From contig OZ244052.1 in the NCBI GenBank assembly GCA_965215125.1, forward strand, positions 1,824,001 to 1,888,000: a DNA stretch of 64,000 nt. The letters run 5' to 3'. How positions within the stretch are numbered: the first letter of the stretch is position 1; every line of letters begins with the position of its first letter. Origin of the DNA: an uncultured candidatus Porisulfidus sp. Its GTDB lineage: Bacteria; Pseudomonadota; Gammaproteobacteria; Poriferisulfidales; Oxydemutatoraceae. Below are positions 42,565 to 52,769 of this stretch, one piece after another. The position numbers and the translations under genes are program-made. The notes under the pieces were generated by a model that ran no database searches, was not told where the DNA came from, and worked only from the letters and a program-made list of their open reading frames with translations.

Positions 42565-43461
42565 TTGAGCGGACCCTACGGGGTTGGCGACATCGTTGAA
42601 GACGGTTGCTTTATGACTCGTGAAGAATTGGAAAACATTCTCGGACGGCTACGAAGCAAAAAAAACATCGTTCTACAAGGTCCTCCCGGCACGGGGAAAA
42701 CTTGGCTAGCCAAACGGTTGGCGTATGCTTTGATGGGAGTCCAAGATAGCGATAAATTAAAAGCCATACAATTTCATTCAAACATATCTTACGAAGATTT
42801 TGTTATCGGATACCGCCCTTCAGAGGAAAAAGATTTAAAGCTTAAGGACGGTCTATTTCTGGAGATGATACGCAAAGCCGAGAATGACGACAAAAATAAA
42901 TATGTTGTCGTGATAGAAGAAATCAACAGAGGGAATCCTGCCCGGGTATTCGGAGAAATGTTAACCCTTTTGGAAGCTGATAAAAGAAAAGCGGGGGAAG
43001 CATTGCAACTGATTTATGGTGAGGAAAAGGTGTTTGTACCACCCAATCTTTTCGTTATCGGCACCATGAACATTGCCGATCGCTCGTTGGCATTGGTTGA
43101 TTTTGCGCTGCGTCGCAGGTTTGCTTTTATAGATTTGCAACCTAATTTTGGAGATAAATGGAAAAACTGGGTTCATGCGGAAAGACATATCCCCGAAGAA
43201 TTTTTGGAAAAAATAGGACAGCGAATGAGAGAACTAAACGACACAATCGCAGATAGCTCCGGTTTGGGTGAACAATTTAAGATAGGGCATAGTTATTTGA
43301 TACCGACCGGCAATACGATAGAAGCGGACTATAAAGGGAGTCATACGGCGTGGTATAGAGAGGTGATAAAAACCGAGATAGAACCGTTGCTCAGAGAATA
43401 TTGGTTTGATACACCGGAGACTGCCAAGAAGGAGGCGGAAAAACTTAGCGAAGGGATTTAG
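42565..43461 (+). CDS. mcrB: McrB-family AAA+ GTPase domain (5' truncated)
   Basis: GPPGTGKT, IEEINRGN, MNIADRS (McrB NxxD signature), ALRRRF, IGHSY. Confidence 0.85.
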   Translation: MSGPYGVGDIVEDGCFMTREELENILGRLRSKKNIVLQGPPGTGKTWLAKRLAYALMGVQDSDKLKAIQFHSNISYEDFVIGYRPSEEKDLKLKDGLFLEMIRKAENDDKNKYVVVIEEINRGNPARVFGEMLTLLEADKRKAGEALQLIYGEEKVFVPPNLFVIGTMNIADRSLALVDFALRRRFAFIDLQPNFGDKWKNWVHAERHIPEEFLEKIGQRMRELNDTIADSSGLGEQFKIGHSYLIPTGNTIEADYKGSHTAWYREVIKTEIEPLLREYWFDTPETAKKEAEKLSEGI

Positions 43462-44567
43462 TGGCAGTGTCGGCAACCGAGGCTATACTCACTGTAGGCA
43501 AGATTCCGATTCGCAATTTATGGCTACTGATATTCTACGCCTCCGACCTTCATCACCACGACGAGACGGCTAGAAAAAACCTCGAAGAAAATCCCGACGA
43601 CATTGCCGATATCGCGGCGGAGATACTTTGCTATCATGTAGAGCGGCAGCTGATGCGCAATCTGAGTTTTGGTTATCAAAATAAGGTTGCCGTTCTGAAC
43701 AGAGTGCGAGGACGTATAGACCTGCTCTATACCGAGTCTCGTCAACTATTGAGCAAAGCCGAAGTCTGTTGCCGTTTTGCCGAACTTAGCATTGATACAC
43801 CGCGCAATCGCTATGTGCGTGCGGCATTGCAACATCTAGCTTCGCTAAAACAGCTTGATAGAGAGCGAAAACACAAATGCCGTTTGCTCGCTATGCAACT
43901 TGAAGCCATAGGTGTGGGACGACAAAAACCACCCAACTATGGTGCGAGGAGCGAGCGTTTCGGCTTACACGACTACGCAGACCGAGTCATGCTATACGCT
44001 GCCGACTTGGCATTTAGCTTAGCCTTGCCGACCGATATAGACGGCGACCATTACCTGCTATCTCCCGATAAAGATATCAGCTGGTTGCGAAAGTTATTCG
44101 AGCGCGCAGTGCGGGGTTTCTATGCGATTAGACTTAAAGATATATGCGAGGTGAAATCGGAAAAATTGAAGTGGGATAGACAAAACGAGACCGATAAAAT
44201 TAAAGACATCTTGCCGGAAATGCAAACCGATATAAGCATTAAAAATAAATCATCCGGCGAGTGTTTAATCATTGATACCAAGTTTAACGAAATAACTACC
44301 AAAGGACGGCATAGAGGCAAGGCACTGCGCAACAGTTATATCTACCAAATATACGCTTATGTAAGAAGCCAAGAGCGATACGAAGACCGGTCGTCGCGTT
44401 CAACGGCAGGGATGTTGTTGCATCCCTCGGTTGGCGAAGATTACGACGAATCGGTTACTATTCAGGGCCACGAGTTCAAGTTCTGCACCGTCGATCTCGC
44501 AGCTACGGCAAAGCAGATAACTGCCCGATTATTGGATCTGCTGCCCGCATATTTCAGGGAAGTGTGA
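43461..44567 (+). CDS. mcrC: McrC restriction nuclease subunit
   Basis: KIPIRNLWLL, MQTDI...IIDTKF...YQIYAY PD-(D/E)xK motif. Confidence 0.9.
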   Translation: MAVSATEAILTVGKIPIRNLWLLIFYASDLHHHDETARKNLEENPDDIADIAAEILCYHVERQLMRNLSFGYQNKVAVLNRVRGRIDLLYTESRQLLSKAEVCCRFAELSIDTPRNRYVRAALQHLASLKQLDRERKHKCRLLAMQLEAIGVGRQKPPNYGARSERFGLHDYADRVMLYAADLAFSLALPTDIDGDHYLLSPDKDISWLRKLFERAVRGFYAIRLKDICEVKSEKLKWDRQNETDKIKDILPEMQTDISIKNKSSGECLIIDTKFNEITTKGRHRGKALRNSYIYQIYAYVRSQERYEDRSSRSTAGMLLHPSVGEDYDESVTIQGHEFKFCTVDLAATAKQITARLLDLLPAYFREV

Positions 44568-44619
44568 ACGATACGCGAAGCGCATATCGTTTAACCGCCG
44601 TTAATTTTGAGTTAATAAG

Positions 44620-44880
44620 CTAGTCGGATGTAGATTGTTTACCTCTGTTCTTGAGGCGATCTCTGAGGTCCATAAAAGCGTTGATGAGCTTTACGAGGAA
44701 GAGTACTATGGTCAGAACCAACAGAACCAACCCACCGGCATAATAGATGGGGTCTTCTATTACTAAACCTCCCAAAGTTATTGCCATCACAATACCTCCC
44801 AGTATTATTAGCAATATGAGTTCGGCTAAGCTACCGTTCTCTTCCCATGTTGTCGATTGAAATGAATCGTGATCTACCAT
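44620..44880 (-). CDS. Small membrane protein, unknown function
   Basis: Two hydrophobic helices. Confidence 0.5.
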   Translation of the reverse strand: MVDHDSFQSTTWEENGSLAELILLIILGGIVMAITLGGLVIEDPIYYAGGLVLLVLTIVLFLVKLINAFMDLRDRLKNRGKQSTSD

Positions 44881-44953
44881 TGTGGCTATCTCAAATTTTC
44901 CTTGTTATATCAGTTAATGCGAACATCATAGCACAAGACATTATCCATACCGG

Positions 44954-45661
44954 CTAGAACAAAAGAGCAAGACCGAGGGTGCCGATAAAAGCACCACTAT
45001 CTTCGTCGTTGCTTCGGGCAATAGACGAGGTCTCTCCGAGTTTGCGTTCGTATTTAATTTCCAAGTAGGGTGCGACAGAACGCGCAATCTCGTAGCGCGT
45101 TTGTATGCCGAGTTCAATGCTTGAAAAACCCGCACCTATATCTAGCTCCGACACATCTTGTGCGTAAAGTTCTATTTCAAAATAAGGTTCTGCGATAAGT
45201 CTTTGCGTGAACAGAAGTTCGTTTTCTTGTCGAAGGCGCGCACTGAAGTCGCCGTCTTCACTAACAAACAAATGTACTTCGGTCTCGAAGAAATAGGGTG
45301 CCAATCCGTCAAAGCCGACCACTGCATAGGTCAATGAACGGGGTTGGGTATCGTGCCGTACGCCGACTTGAAAATCCCAAAAGCTAGAGATATTGCGGCT
45401 ATACATTGCCCAAAACTCGGCTTGTTCGGTTTCGCTGTCGCTACGCTCACCCTCGGATTTAAGCCATAGTTTATTTTCGTCGGTGCCGATCCAGCCGTCG
45501 AAGTCCCAGTCGGAAAAATTACTGCCGTCGTCGGTTGCGCCGATACCTATTTCCAAGTCAAAAGTATGGAATGTGCCACCACCGTGTGCATCGTCGGCAT
45601 GAACTAAAGGGAAAGATAAGATCGTCGCCAAGCCGGCGACGCTTATATATTTAATGAACAT
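44954..45661 (-). CDS. copB: Copper resistance protein B (outer membrane)
   Basis: GLAPYFFE, RYEIARSVAPY. Downstream of copA. Confidence 0.88.
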   Translation of the reverse strand: MFIKYISVAGLATILSFPLVHADDAHGGGTFHTFDLEIGIGATDDGSNFSDWDFDGWIGTDENKLWLKSEGERSDSETEQAEFWAMYSRNISSFWDFQVGVRHDTQPRSLTYAVVGFDGLAPYFFETEVHLFVSEDGDFSARLRQENELLFTQRLIAEPYFEIELYAQDVSELDIGAGFSSIELGIQTRYEIARSVAPYLEIKYERKLGETSSIARSNDEDSGAFIGTLGLALLF

Positions 45662-45666
45662 CGTTT

Positions 45667-47436
45667 TTATAGCGGGGCATCGCCCGTTCGGTAGAGCGAG
45701 TGATGTTTCTCTTCTTGTGCTTTAGGTGAATAAGGTTCAGCCGACACTTTGGCCGGCTCCAGTTTGGCAACGATAACTTTGTTCATCATGCCCGACATCA
45801 TGTGATATAGAAGATGGCAATGAAATGCCCATTCGCCGGCTTCGTCTGCGGTGAGCAGTGCCGAATAGGTATCCCCCGGTGCCACATTCACGGTATGCTT
45901 GTTAGGGAGTTTGGATATCGGCTGTCCGTTTTCTAACTGGACGAACATACCGTGCAGATGCATCGGATGCGCCATCATCGTATCGTTGATAAAGGTCAAG
46001 CGGACGCGTTCGCCGTATTCCAAGTGTATCGGTCCGGAGTCTTCGTATTTGTTGCCGTTCAGTGTCCATATATAACGTTCCATATTGCCGCCCAAGCGGA
46101 CGATAATTTCTCGTTTCGGCAATCGCCGATCCTTTTGAACACCGTAATAGCGTAGGTCTTTATATGTCAATGCCTTATGTCCTTCGGGTGTATCTGCATC
46201 GGCCCATCCACTGCCCGGTGTACCGGTATCGAAGTCGTCGCCCGGCGGATGATACATGTCGTGCTCCTTGTGCGATGCGTGTTCTGCGTGATCCATATTT
46301 GTCGCAGAGTGTTCGCTATGATTCATATCTGCCATATCGTGTTGGCTATGATCCATGCCGGACATGTGATGCATCTTATGCGCCACGCCCATATCCGCCA
46401 TCGTCAGTGTTGCGCGTTTGCGTTGACGAGGTGGTTCTCCGCGCATTCCTTCGCGAGGTGCTAAAGTAGCCAGAGCGAAGCCGGTTCTATCGATCGGTTC
46501 GGCAACAATCGTATAAGCCTTATCTTCCGATGGTTCAACGATGGCATCGTAAGTCTCCGCCACACCGAAGCGGAACTCGTCGACGACCACCGGTTCTATA
46601 CGCTGACCGTCGGTAGCCACCATCGTCATTTGCAAACCCGGAATTCGCACATCGTAAAAAGACATCGCCGAGGCATTGATAAAGCGTAGCCTAATACGCT
46701 CGCCGACCCCGAAAAGCCCCGTCCAGTTTTGCTCGGGTGTTTTACCGTTGACCAAAAAGGTATAATTGCCGATATCCGTGAGATCGCTCGGCATCATCCG
46801 CATCCTGCCCCACATTTTGGCATTTTCCCATGCTTTGCCGAAACCTTGCTTCTTTGCGTCGGCAAAGAAATCACCGACGGTGCGCCGAACATAAACATAG
46901 TATTCGGATGATTTTTTGAGGTTTGCCATAATCGTGTTCGCATCGTCCTCGTGGAAATCGGAAAACAAAATCACATAGTCACGATCAACCTTGATACGAT
47001 CCTCGTCTTGGGGATGAATAACGATAGACCCGTAAAGACCGTCTTGCTCTTGCCCTTTAGAGTGAGCGTGATACCAGTAAGTCCCGCTCTGCCGAACCCT
47101 GAAACGATAAGTAAATGTTTCACCGGGCTTGATACCCGGAAAACCGTTAAAATCGGGCACACCGTCCATTTGCCCGGGCAACAACACCCCGTGCCAATGA
47201 ATGGAAGTATACTCGTTCATCCTATTGTTAACATGAATAACCGCTTCTTCACCTTCGTTGAATTGCAGGGTCGGAGCGGGGATACTTCCGTTGACAGTAA
47301 CTCGCTCAAGCGGTTTCCCGGTTATATAAACTTGCGCTTTGGCAACGACTAGGGAATACTCCCGCGTCTCGGCAACGCACGGCAAAGCAACAAGCACCCC
47401 TGCTATCATCAGTATACTCAATAGATATTTAACCAT
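45667..47436 (-). CDS. copA: CopA-family multicopper oxidase
   Basis: HWHG, YWYHAH, HPMHLHG, HCHLLYHM and a Met/His-rich MDHS insert. Confidence 0.93.
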   Translation of the reverse strand: MVKYLLSILMIAGVLVALPCVAETREYSLVVAKAQVYITGKPLERVTVNGSIPAPTLQFNEGEEAVIHVNNRMNEYTSIHWHGVLLPGQMDGVPDFNGFPGIKPGETFTYRFRVRQSGTYWYHAHSKGQEQDGLYGSIVIHPQDEDRIKVDRDYVILFSDFHEDDANTIMANLKKSSEYYVYVRRTVGDFFADAKKQGFGKAWENAKMWGRMRMMPSDLTDIGNYTFLVNGKTPEQNWTGLFGVGERIRLRFINASAMSFYDVRIPGLQMTMVATDGQRIEPVVVDEFRFGVAETYDAIVEPSEDKAYTIVAEPIDRTGFALATLAPREGMRGEPPRQRKRATLTMADMGVAHKMHHMSGMDHSQHDMADMNHSEHSATNMDHAEHASHKEHDMYHPPGDDFDTGTPGSGWADADTPEGHKALTYKDLRYYGVQKDRRLPKREIIVRLGGNMERYIWTLNGNKYEDSGPIHLEYGERVRLTFINDTMMAHPMHLHGMFVQLENGQPISKLPNKHTVNVAPGDTYSALLTADEAGEWAFHCHLLYHMMSGMMNKVIVAKLEPAKVSAEPYSPKAQEEKHHSLYRTGDAPL

Positions 47437-47541
47437 AATCCAACATCCGCTTAGCGGTCATAACATTGTGAGAGGGATAAATTCATCGTAAGCATAGCCA
47501 TACTTGCTTATTATAGGCTACTTTGTCAGCGACGATAACAA

Positions 47542-47632
47542 TGGCGGAGAGAGAGGGATTCGAACCCTCGATACGGGATAACCGTATACACGCTTTCCAA
47601 GCGTGCGCCTTCGACCGCTCGGCCATCTCTCC
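47542..47632 (-). tRNA. tRNA-Ser(GGA)
   Basis: GGAGAGATGGCCGAGCGG...CACGC-TTGGAAA-GCGTG, long variable arm, GGTTCGAATCC and encoded CCA. Confidence 0.97.
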
Positions 47633-47735
47633 GCAATCAGAGGCTATATTCTATTACACTTGCACAGCAGTACACAGTTTGTATTTTCAGGTGATCATAT
47701 CCCGTAGGTTGTGCGTATCTATGAAAATTGCCGGA

Positions 47736-48572
47736 TTACCGGTTGTAGAAACGGCAGATTTTTTCAACACCTTCTGCGATGCGTAGCGAGGGTCGTTGTA
47801 TTAAATCCGATTCTATATAGTGGGTCGGTATTTGTTTTCCGAATAGATCGGCAATCGTTCCCTTATCTACGCCCGATTCAAAACTATGGAATATATAATC
47901 GGGTTTTGATAACAACAGTGCCTCTCTGCCGAGCCGCACGACTTGCGGTTCCAAATCTGCATAGATGTTGGTGCCGCCGCAAAGGCTAATCGCTTTTGAT
48001 ATCCAACTCGTGCGGTTGACGCTGAGCGTAGGTTTGAGCCATAACAAATAGGCGGTTTTGTGATTGGTCTGCACGGTGCGGCGTAGCGATGCCAAAGTTT
48101 GCTCGAACCTATCGGCTAAAGCAGATGATTTTTCGGGTTGTCCTATCAATACGCCTACATCTCTCAGCGTCTTTGCGATGTCTTCAAAATCATTCGGTTC
48201 GGAGATGTAAAAATCGTAGCCGGTGTCATTCAATCTCCGAAATACCGGTTGTTTCAGCATCACACCCCAAACGAGGATTAAATCGGGGGCAAGTTTGAGC
48301 AATAATTCACGGTTAAAAGTACGGTAATCGGCAACGACGGGTAGTTCAAGTGCCTGCGGTGGATAATCGGAATATTCCGACACGCCGACCAAATACGGAC
48401 CACCGCCTGCCGAGTAGACTAACTCCGTCAGATGCGGTGCCAGTGTGATAATACGGCGCGCCGGATTTTCCAATGAAACCGTTCTTTGCCAATCGTCTAC
48501 GACGACGATTTCGTCTGCATCAACCGTCGCACATAAACCGAGTAGTATGAAAATTATTATTTTATGTTTCAC
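47736..48572 (-). CDS. btuF: BtuF-like cobalamin/metal-complex periplasmic binding protein
   Basis: PARRIITLAPHLTELVY, VGVSEYSDYP, LIQRPSLR. Confidence 0.75.
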   Translation of the reverse strand: MKHKIIIFILLGLCATVDADEIVVVDDWQRTVSLENPARRIITLAPHLTELVYSAGGGPYLVGVSEYSDYPPQALELPVVADYRTFNRELLLKLAPDLILVWGVMLKQPVFRRLNDTGYDFYISEPNDFEDIAKTLRDVGVLIGQPEKSSALADRFEQTLASLRRTVQTNHKTAYLLWLKPTLSVNRTSWISKAISLCGGTNIYADLEPQVVRLGREALLLSKPDYIFHSFESGVDKGTIADLFGKQIPTHYIESDLIQRPSLRIAEGVEKICRFYNR

Positions 48573-48656
48573 GGCTGTTTATTGTATTAGTCCGTCTATG
48601 TGGGTGCAAATGTACCACTTGATTATGTTGATGTGTTGGTGGCGCATACTGTACCT

Positions 48657-48801
48657 TGTGCAGATACTTCTGCAACCACCCCATGGAAAGGCTTTACATT
48701 TTGTAATATGTATCAAGACTCTGGACAACGTTACGCCGATTGACCTACTGGCTCAATCGGCGGTTCTATTGCGCCTGCCACCCCTCCATAGGAGGGGAAT
48801 T
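48657..48801. repeat. Module A (reverse) interrupted by module B
   Basis: GCAACCACCCC[ATGGAAAGG...GGCGGTTCTAT]TGCGCCTGCCACCCCTCCATAGGAGGGGAAT. Confidence 0.85.
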
Positions 48802-48943
48802 GGTTAAACGCGTTAATTGGACAGGTGCGATAAGTTTGAGCGGATATATAATTCCTCTACGGCACGAGGCAAAAAGTTATTTAGTACTCGCTAAGACTAT
48901 GTATAATAAGCATTTGGCGAAAAAAGCAATAATTTATATTTCA

Positions 48944-49273
48944 ATGACAGGTTTCATAAACAAAGTATACGCACAAGAAGCGGGCGCGCCGGCATCTTCG
49001 GCAGGTTATGAATTGCTGTTCATGGTGGTGATATTTTTCTTGATTATGTACTTTTTGGTGATACGCCCTCAGAACAAGCGCAATAAGGAACACAAGGCGC
49101 TATTGAGTTCTCTATCCAAAGGCGACGAAATTTCTACTTCAGGAGGCATCTTGGGCAAGGTTACCGAAGTGGAAGATAGCTTTGTGCATATAGAGGTGCA
49201 GAAGGGCGTAGAGTTGAAAATACAAAAGCACTCGGTTTCGTCGGTATTGCCTAAAGGCACATTGAGTAGCTAA
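48944..49273 (+). CDS. yajC: Preprotein translocase subunit YajC
   Basis: MYFLVIRPQNKR, LSKGDEISTSGGILG. The ORF-track 5' extension is repeat-derived. Confidence 0.93.
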   Translation: MTGFINKVYAQEAGAPASSAGYELLFMVVIFFLIMYFLVIRPQNKRNKEHKALLSSLSKGDEISTSGGILGKVTEVEDSFVHIEVQKGVELKIQKHSVSSVLPKGTLSS

Positions 49274-49286
49274 TAATAATTCTATA

Positions 49287-51152
49287 ATGCCCAATCGTTA
49301 TCCCTTGTGGAAGTATATATTACTGATTGCGGTAGTCACGCTTGCAATCGTTTACGCATTACCCAATGCGTATCCTGAAGATCCGACTATAGAAATCTCC
49401 GGCGACGATGTTCAGGTCACCGAAAACACCAAAAAGCGAGTAGAAGCATTTCTAGCTAAGCAGAATGTCGCCTACAAAGAAATGGAAATCACCGAAAACG
49501 GCAAATTACTGATTCGCTTTGCCGACACTACAAGCCAACTGTCGGTTGCCGAAAATCTGCGTGAACTCATGGGTAGCAATTATATCACTGCATTGAATTT
49601 AGCAGCGGCAACACCTCAGTGGTTGCGGGATTTTGATGCGACCCCGATGAATCTGGGCTTGGACTTGCGGGGCGGTGTTTATTTTTTGTTGCAAGTTGAT
49701 GTAAAAGCCGCACTCGATAAGGCGATGATCAGTTATAGAGATGCGATCCGCGGGATGCTCCGCGAGGAGCGTTTGCGCTATACCGAGTTTGATGTAGACG
49801 ATCGAACTTTGAAGATACAATTCTCCGACGAGGAAACCCGAGATGCGGCTTGGGAGCAGGTACGTTTAGAGATGCCGTTGGTTTTTTCCAATGAAAGTTA
49901 CGAGCGAGGCAATAGGGCAATGCTCGATCTCACGATTAGCCGAGACGAGATTAAATCTATACAGGATTTTGCGGTGCAACAAAATGTTTTAACGCTTAGA
50001 AAGAGAGTCAACGAATTGGGTGTTGCCGAACCGAGCATCGCTCGGCAGGGTGTAGACCGCATCGCCGTCCAACTGCCCGGTGTGCAAGACCCTACTCAAG
50101 CCAAAGAGATTTTGGGTGCCACCGCAACTTTGGAATTTCGTATGGTTGCAGAGCAATACGATGCGGCACGCGTCGCACGAAACAGGCGTATTCCGCCGGG
50201 CACCGAACTGCTATACGAAGGTAGCGAACCGGTATTGCTCAAAAGGGAAGTGATATTGAGCGGTGAGCATATCGTCGATGCGTCTTCCGGTTTGGATCCC
50301 GAGACCAACCAACCGGATGTCAATATCACATTGGACGGGCAAGGGTCGCGTATCTTTAGCCGTGTTACCGGACAGAACATCAAACGTCTGATGGCGGTTG
50401 TTTTTATAGAAAACAAAAGCTATACCTATCGCGACGACGACGGCGAACTCAAACGCAGAACCAAGACAACCGAGGAGGTCATCAGTGTTGCACGCATCCA
50501 AGCCCAGCTCGGCAAACGATTTCACATCACCGGATTGGATTCGCCTCAAGCGGCGCGCAAGCTCGCGTTATTGTTGCGCGCCGGTGCGTTGGCGGCACCG
50601 ATAGAGATCATAGAGGAACGCACCGTAGGACCCAGCTTGGGGCAGCAAAATATAGATCAAGGCATGAATGCCATAGTCTTGGGTTTTATACTCGTTATTT
50701 TGTTTATGATAGTTTATTACCGTGTTTTCGGGATTTTTGCAAACATGGCTTTGGTGCTTAATCTGTTACTCATCATTGCAATTATGTCCTTGATACCCGG
50801 TGCGACGTTGACGTTGCCGGGTATCGTCGGTATCGTATTGACCGTCGGTATGGCAGTGGATGCGAATGTACTGATTTTTGAGCGCATACGACAAGAACTA
50901 CACGTCGGTAGTAGCATACAAGCGAGTATAGACAACGGCTACAGACAAGCATTATCGACGATTGCCGATGCCAACATCACGACTTTGATTGCAGCGATCG
51001 TGTTGTTTGTTTTCGGTAGCGGTCCTATCAAAGGCTTTTCGGTGACCCTGTCTATCGGTATCTTGTGTTCTATGTTCACTGCCATTTTCGGCACCCGTGC
51101 GCTGGTCAATCTGATGTACGGTGGCCGCAGACTCAAGCAAATCGCGATTTAA
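49287..51152 (+). CDS. secD: Protein translocase subunit SecD
   Basis: LGLDLRGG, RVNELGVAEP, GMAVDANVLIFERI. Confidence 0.97.
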   Translation: MPNRYPLWKYILLIAVVTLAIVYALPNAYPEDPTIEISGDDVQVTENTKKRVEAFLAKQNVAYKEMEITENGKLLIRFADTTSQLSVAENLRELMGSNYITALNLAAATPQWLRDFDATPMNLGLDLRGGVYFLLQVDVKAALDKAMISYRDAIRGMLREERLRYTEFDVDDRTLKIQFSDEETRDAAWEQVRLEMPLVFSNESYERGNRAMLDLTISRDEIKSIQDFAVQQNVLTLRKRVNELGVAEPSIARQGVDRIAVQLPGVQDPTQAKEILGATATLEFRMVAEQYDAARVARNRRIPPGTELLYEGSEPVLLKREVILSGEHIVDASSGLDPETNQPDVNITLDGQGSRIFSRVTGQNIKRLMAVVFIENKSYTYRDDDGELKRRTKTTEEVISVARIQAQLGKRFHITGLDSPQAARKLALLLRAGALAAPIEIIEERTVGPSLGQQNIDQGMNAIVLGFILVILFMIVYYRVFGIFANMALVLNLLLIIAIMSLIPGATLTLPGIVGIVLTVGMAVDANVLIFERIRQELHVGSSIQASIDNGYRQALSTIADANITTLIAAIVLFVFGSGPIKGFSVTLSIGILCSMFTAIFGTRALVNLMYGGRRLKQIAI

Positions 51153-51159
51153 TCAAACT

Positions 51160-52068
51160 ATGCAGATTATCAAACAAAGCAACCTAGAATTTATGAAATA
51201 TCGCAATGCGGCACTGATCGTCTCGGCGGCACTCATAGTTCTGAGCATAGCTTCTCTGGCTTATCGGGGATTAAACTTCGGCATAGATTTCACCGGCGGC
51301 ACTCTGGTAGAAGTAGGTTATCAACAAGTTGCCGACTTGGCGAGCATCCGCAAGCAACTTGATGATGCCGGTTTTGAAGACGCACAGCTACAGCATTTCG
51401 GCACCGCAAAAGACGTGCTGATACGACTGGCTCCGCGTACCGAGGTTTCGCAGAGCGAGCTGAGCACACAGATTTTGGATGCATTATCGCAACAGCAACA
51501 AGCCGAAGTACGGCGGATTGAGTTCGTAGGGCCGCAGATAGGCGAGGAGCTTCGCGAGGACGGTGGTTTTGCCGTTCTCTATGCTTTGCTGGGCATATTA
51601 ATCTATGTCGCTTTCCGTTTTGAATATCGCTTTGCCGTCGGTGCGATTATCGCGCTCGTCCATGATGTATTGATTACGCTGGGTTTCTTCTCTTTGTCGG
51701 GCATAGAATTCAATTTGCCGGTGCTCGCTGCGATACTTGCGGTAATAGGTTATTCGTTGAACGATACGATCGTGATTTACGATAGAGTTCGCGAGAGCTT
51801 CATCAAATTCAAAGATGCTGCCGAGAAAGTCATCAATAAATCCATCAATTTGACATTGGCGCGCACCTTGATTACCTCGCTTACTACGCTCTTGGTGCTT
51901 ATCGCTTTGTTTATATTCGGTGGCGAGATTTTAACCGGCTTTACCGTCGCTTTGATAGTCGGCGTTATCATCGGTACCTATTCCTCTATCTATGTTGCGA
52001 GTCTGTCTATATTGATGATGGGGATTAACTACAAGCACGTTGTTCCGGCAAAGAAAGAAGGTGTCTGA
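51160..52068 (+). CDS. secF: Protein translocase subunit SecF
   Basis: GIDFTGG, GYSLNDTIVIYDRVRE, GTYSSIYVAS. Confidence 0.96.
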   Translation: MQIIKQSNLEFMKYRNAALIVSAALIVLSIASLAYRGLNFGIDFTGGTLVEVGYQQVADLASIRKQLDDAGFEDAQLQHFGTAKDVLIRLAPRTEVSQSELSTQILDALSQQQQAEVRRIEFVGPQIGEELREDGGFAVLYALLGILIYVAFRFEYRFAVGAIIALVHDVLITLGFFSLSGIEFNLPVLAAILAVIGYSLNDTIVIYDRVRESFIKFKDAAEKVINKSINLTLARTLITSLTTLLVLIALFIFGGEILTGFTVALIVGVIIGTYSSIYVASLSILMMGINYKHVVPAKKEGV

Positions 52069-52115
52069 GCGATGCGCAAAGACCTTATAAAACTCATACC
52101 TACCGAGGTAACACG

Positions 52116-52553
52116 ATGAGCGATAACGATTTTAACGACGACGATATTACATTGGCGAGTGGACTAGCCGCCTTTGAAGCTAAGCACTTTGCCAGAGCGA
52201 TCCAGATACTCGGCCCGTTGATCGAGAAAGGTAATGCCGAGGCGATGTACCGCAGCGCGATTATTTACCAAAACGGGCTCGGTGTGCACGCCAACGAAGA
52301 AGCGGCACTGCGTATGATGTCTGCGGCGGCGGAGCAAGGACACGCCTTGGCGCAACACGGTTTAGGTTTTATGTATATGCAGGGCGAATGTGTCGCACGC
52401 GACGGCGAGAAGGCGGTTGAATGGTTTAGCAAGGCGGCGGAACAGGGACTGGCAGGATCTCAAACGACGCTGGCAATGATCTACGAAGAGGGTACTTTGG
52501 TACCTAGAAATACCGAATTAGCAAGCTACTGGTACAAGAAAGCCGGTTTTTAG
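52116..52553 (+). CDS. Sel1-repeat protein
   Basis: AAEQGHALAQHGLGFMY and WFSKAAEQG repeats. Confidence 0.85.
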   Translation: MSDNDFNDDDITLASGLAAFEAKHFARAIQILGPLIEKGNAEAMYRSAIIYQNGLGVHANEEAALRMMSAAAEQGHALAQHGLGFMYMQGECVARDGEKAVEWFSKAAEQGLAGSQTTLAMIYEEGTLVPRNTELASYWYKKAGF

Positions 52554-52566
52554 ACCGCAACAGTTA

Positions 52567-52769
52567 ATTCCCCTCCTTCGGAGAGGTGGCCTATGCATTT
52601 TGCAATGCATGCGTTTAGCAGTCATGTTGAGGTTCTGAACAAAGTCACGCCGATTGACCTACTGGCTCAATCGGCGGTTCTTGCATTTCGTGATGTATGC
52701 GTCACCAACGCTCTCAGTTTCTGCACAAAGTCACGCCGATTGACCTACTGGCTCAATCGGCGGTTCTAT
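52567..52769. repeat. Module A start plus two tandem module B copies
   Basis: CACGCCGATTGACCTACTGGCTCAATCGGCGGTTCT occurs twice. The 5' part is near-identical to the 41900 copy. Confidence 0.85.

Noticed and set aside
47523-47786. 87-aa ORF
   Set aside because: Antisense translation of tRNA-Ser.
48740-48943. 5' extensions and small ORFs over repeats (yajC, DUF4390, 23624-24149, 41702-42084, 52593-52790)
   Set aside because: These are translations of the repeat family. Better starts exist downstream for the real genes.
41900-52769. Module B as integron attC sites or group II intron domain V
   Set aside because: It lacks RYYYAAC/GTTRRRY boxes and cassette organisation. The GAACCGCCG similarity is not followed by a domain V/VI structure.
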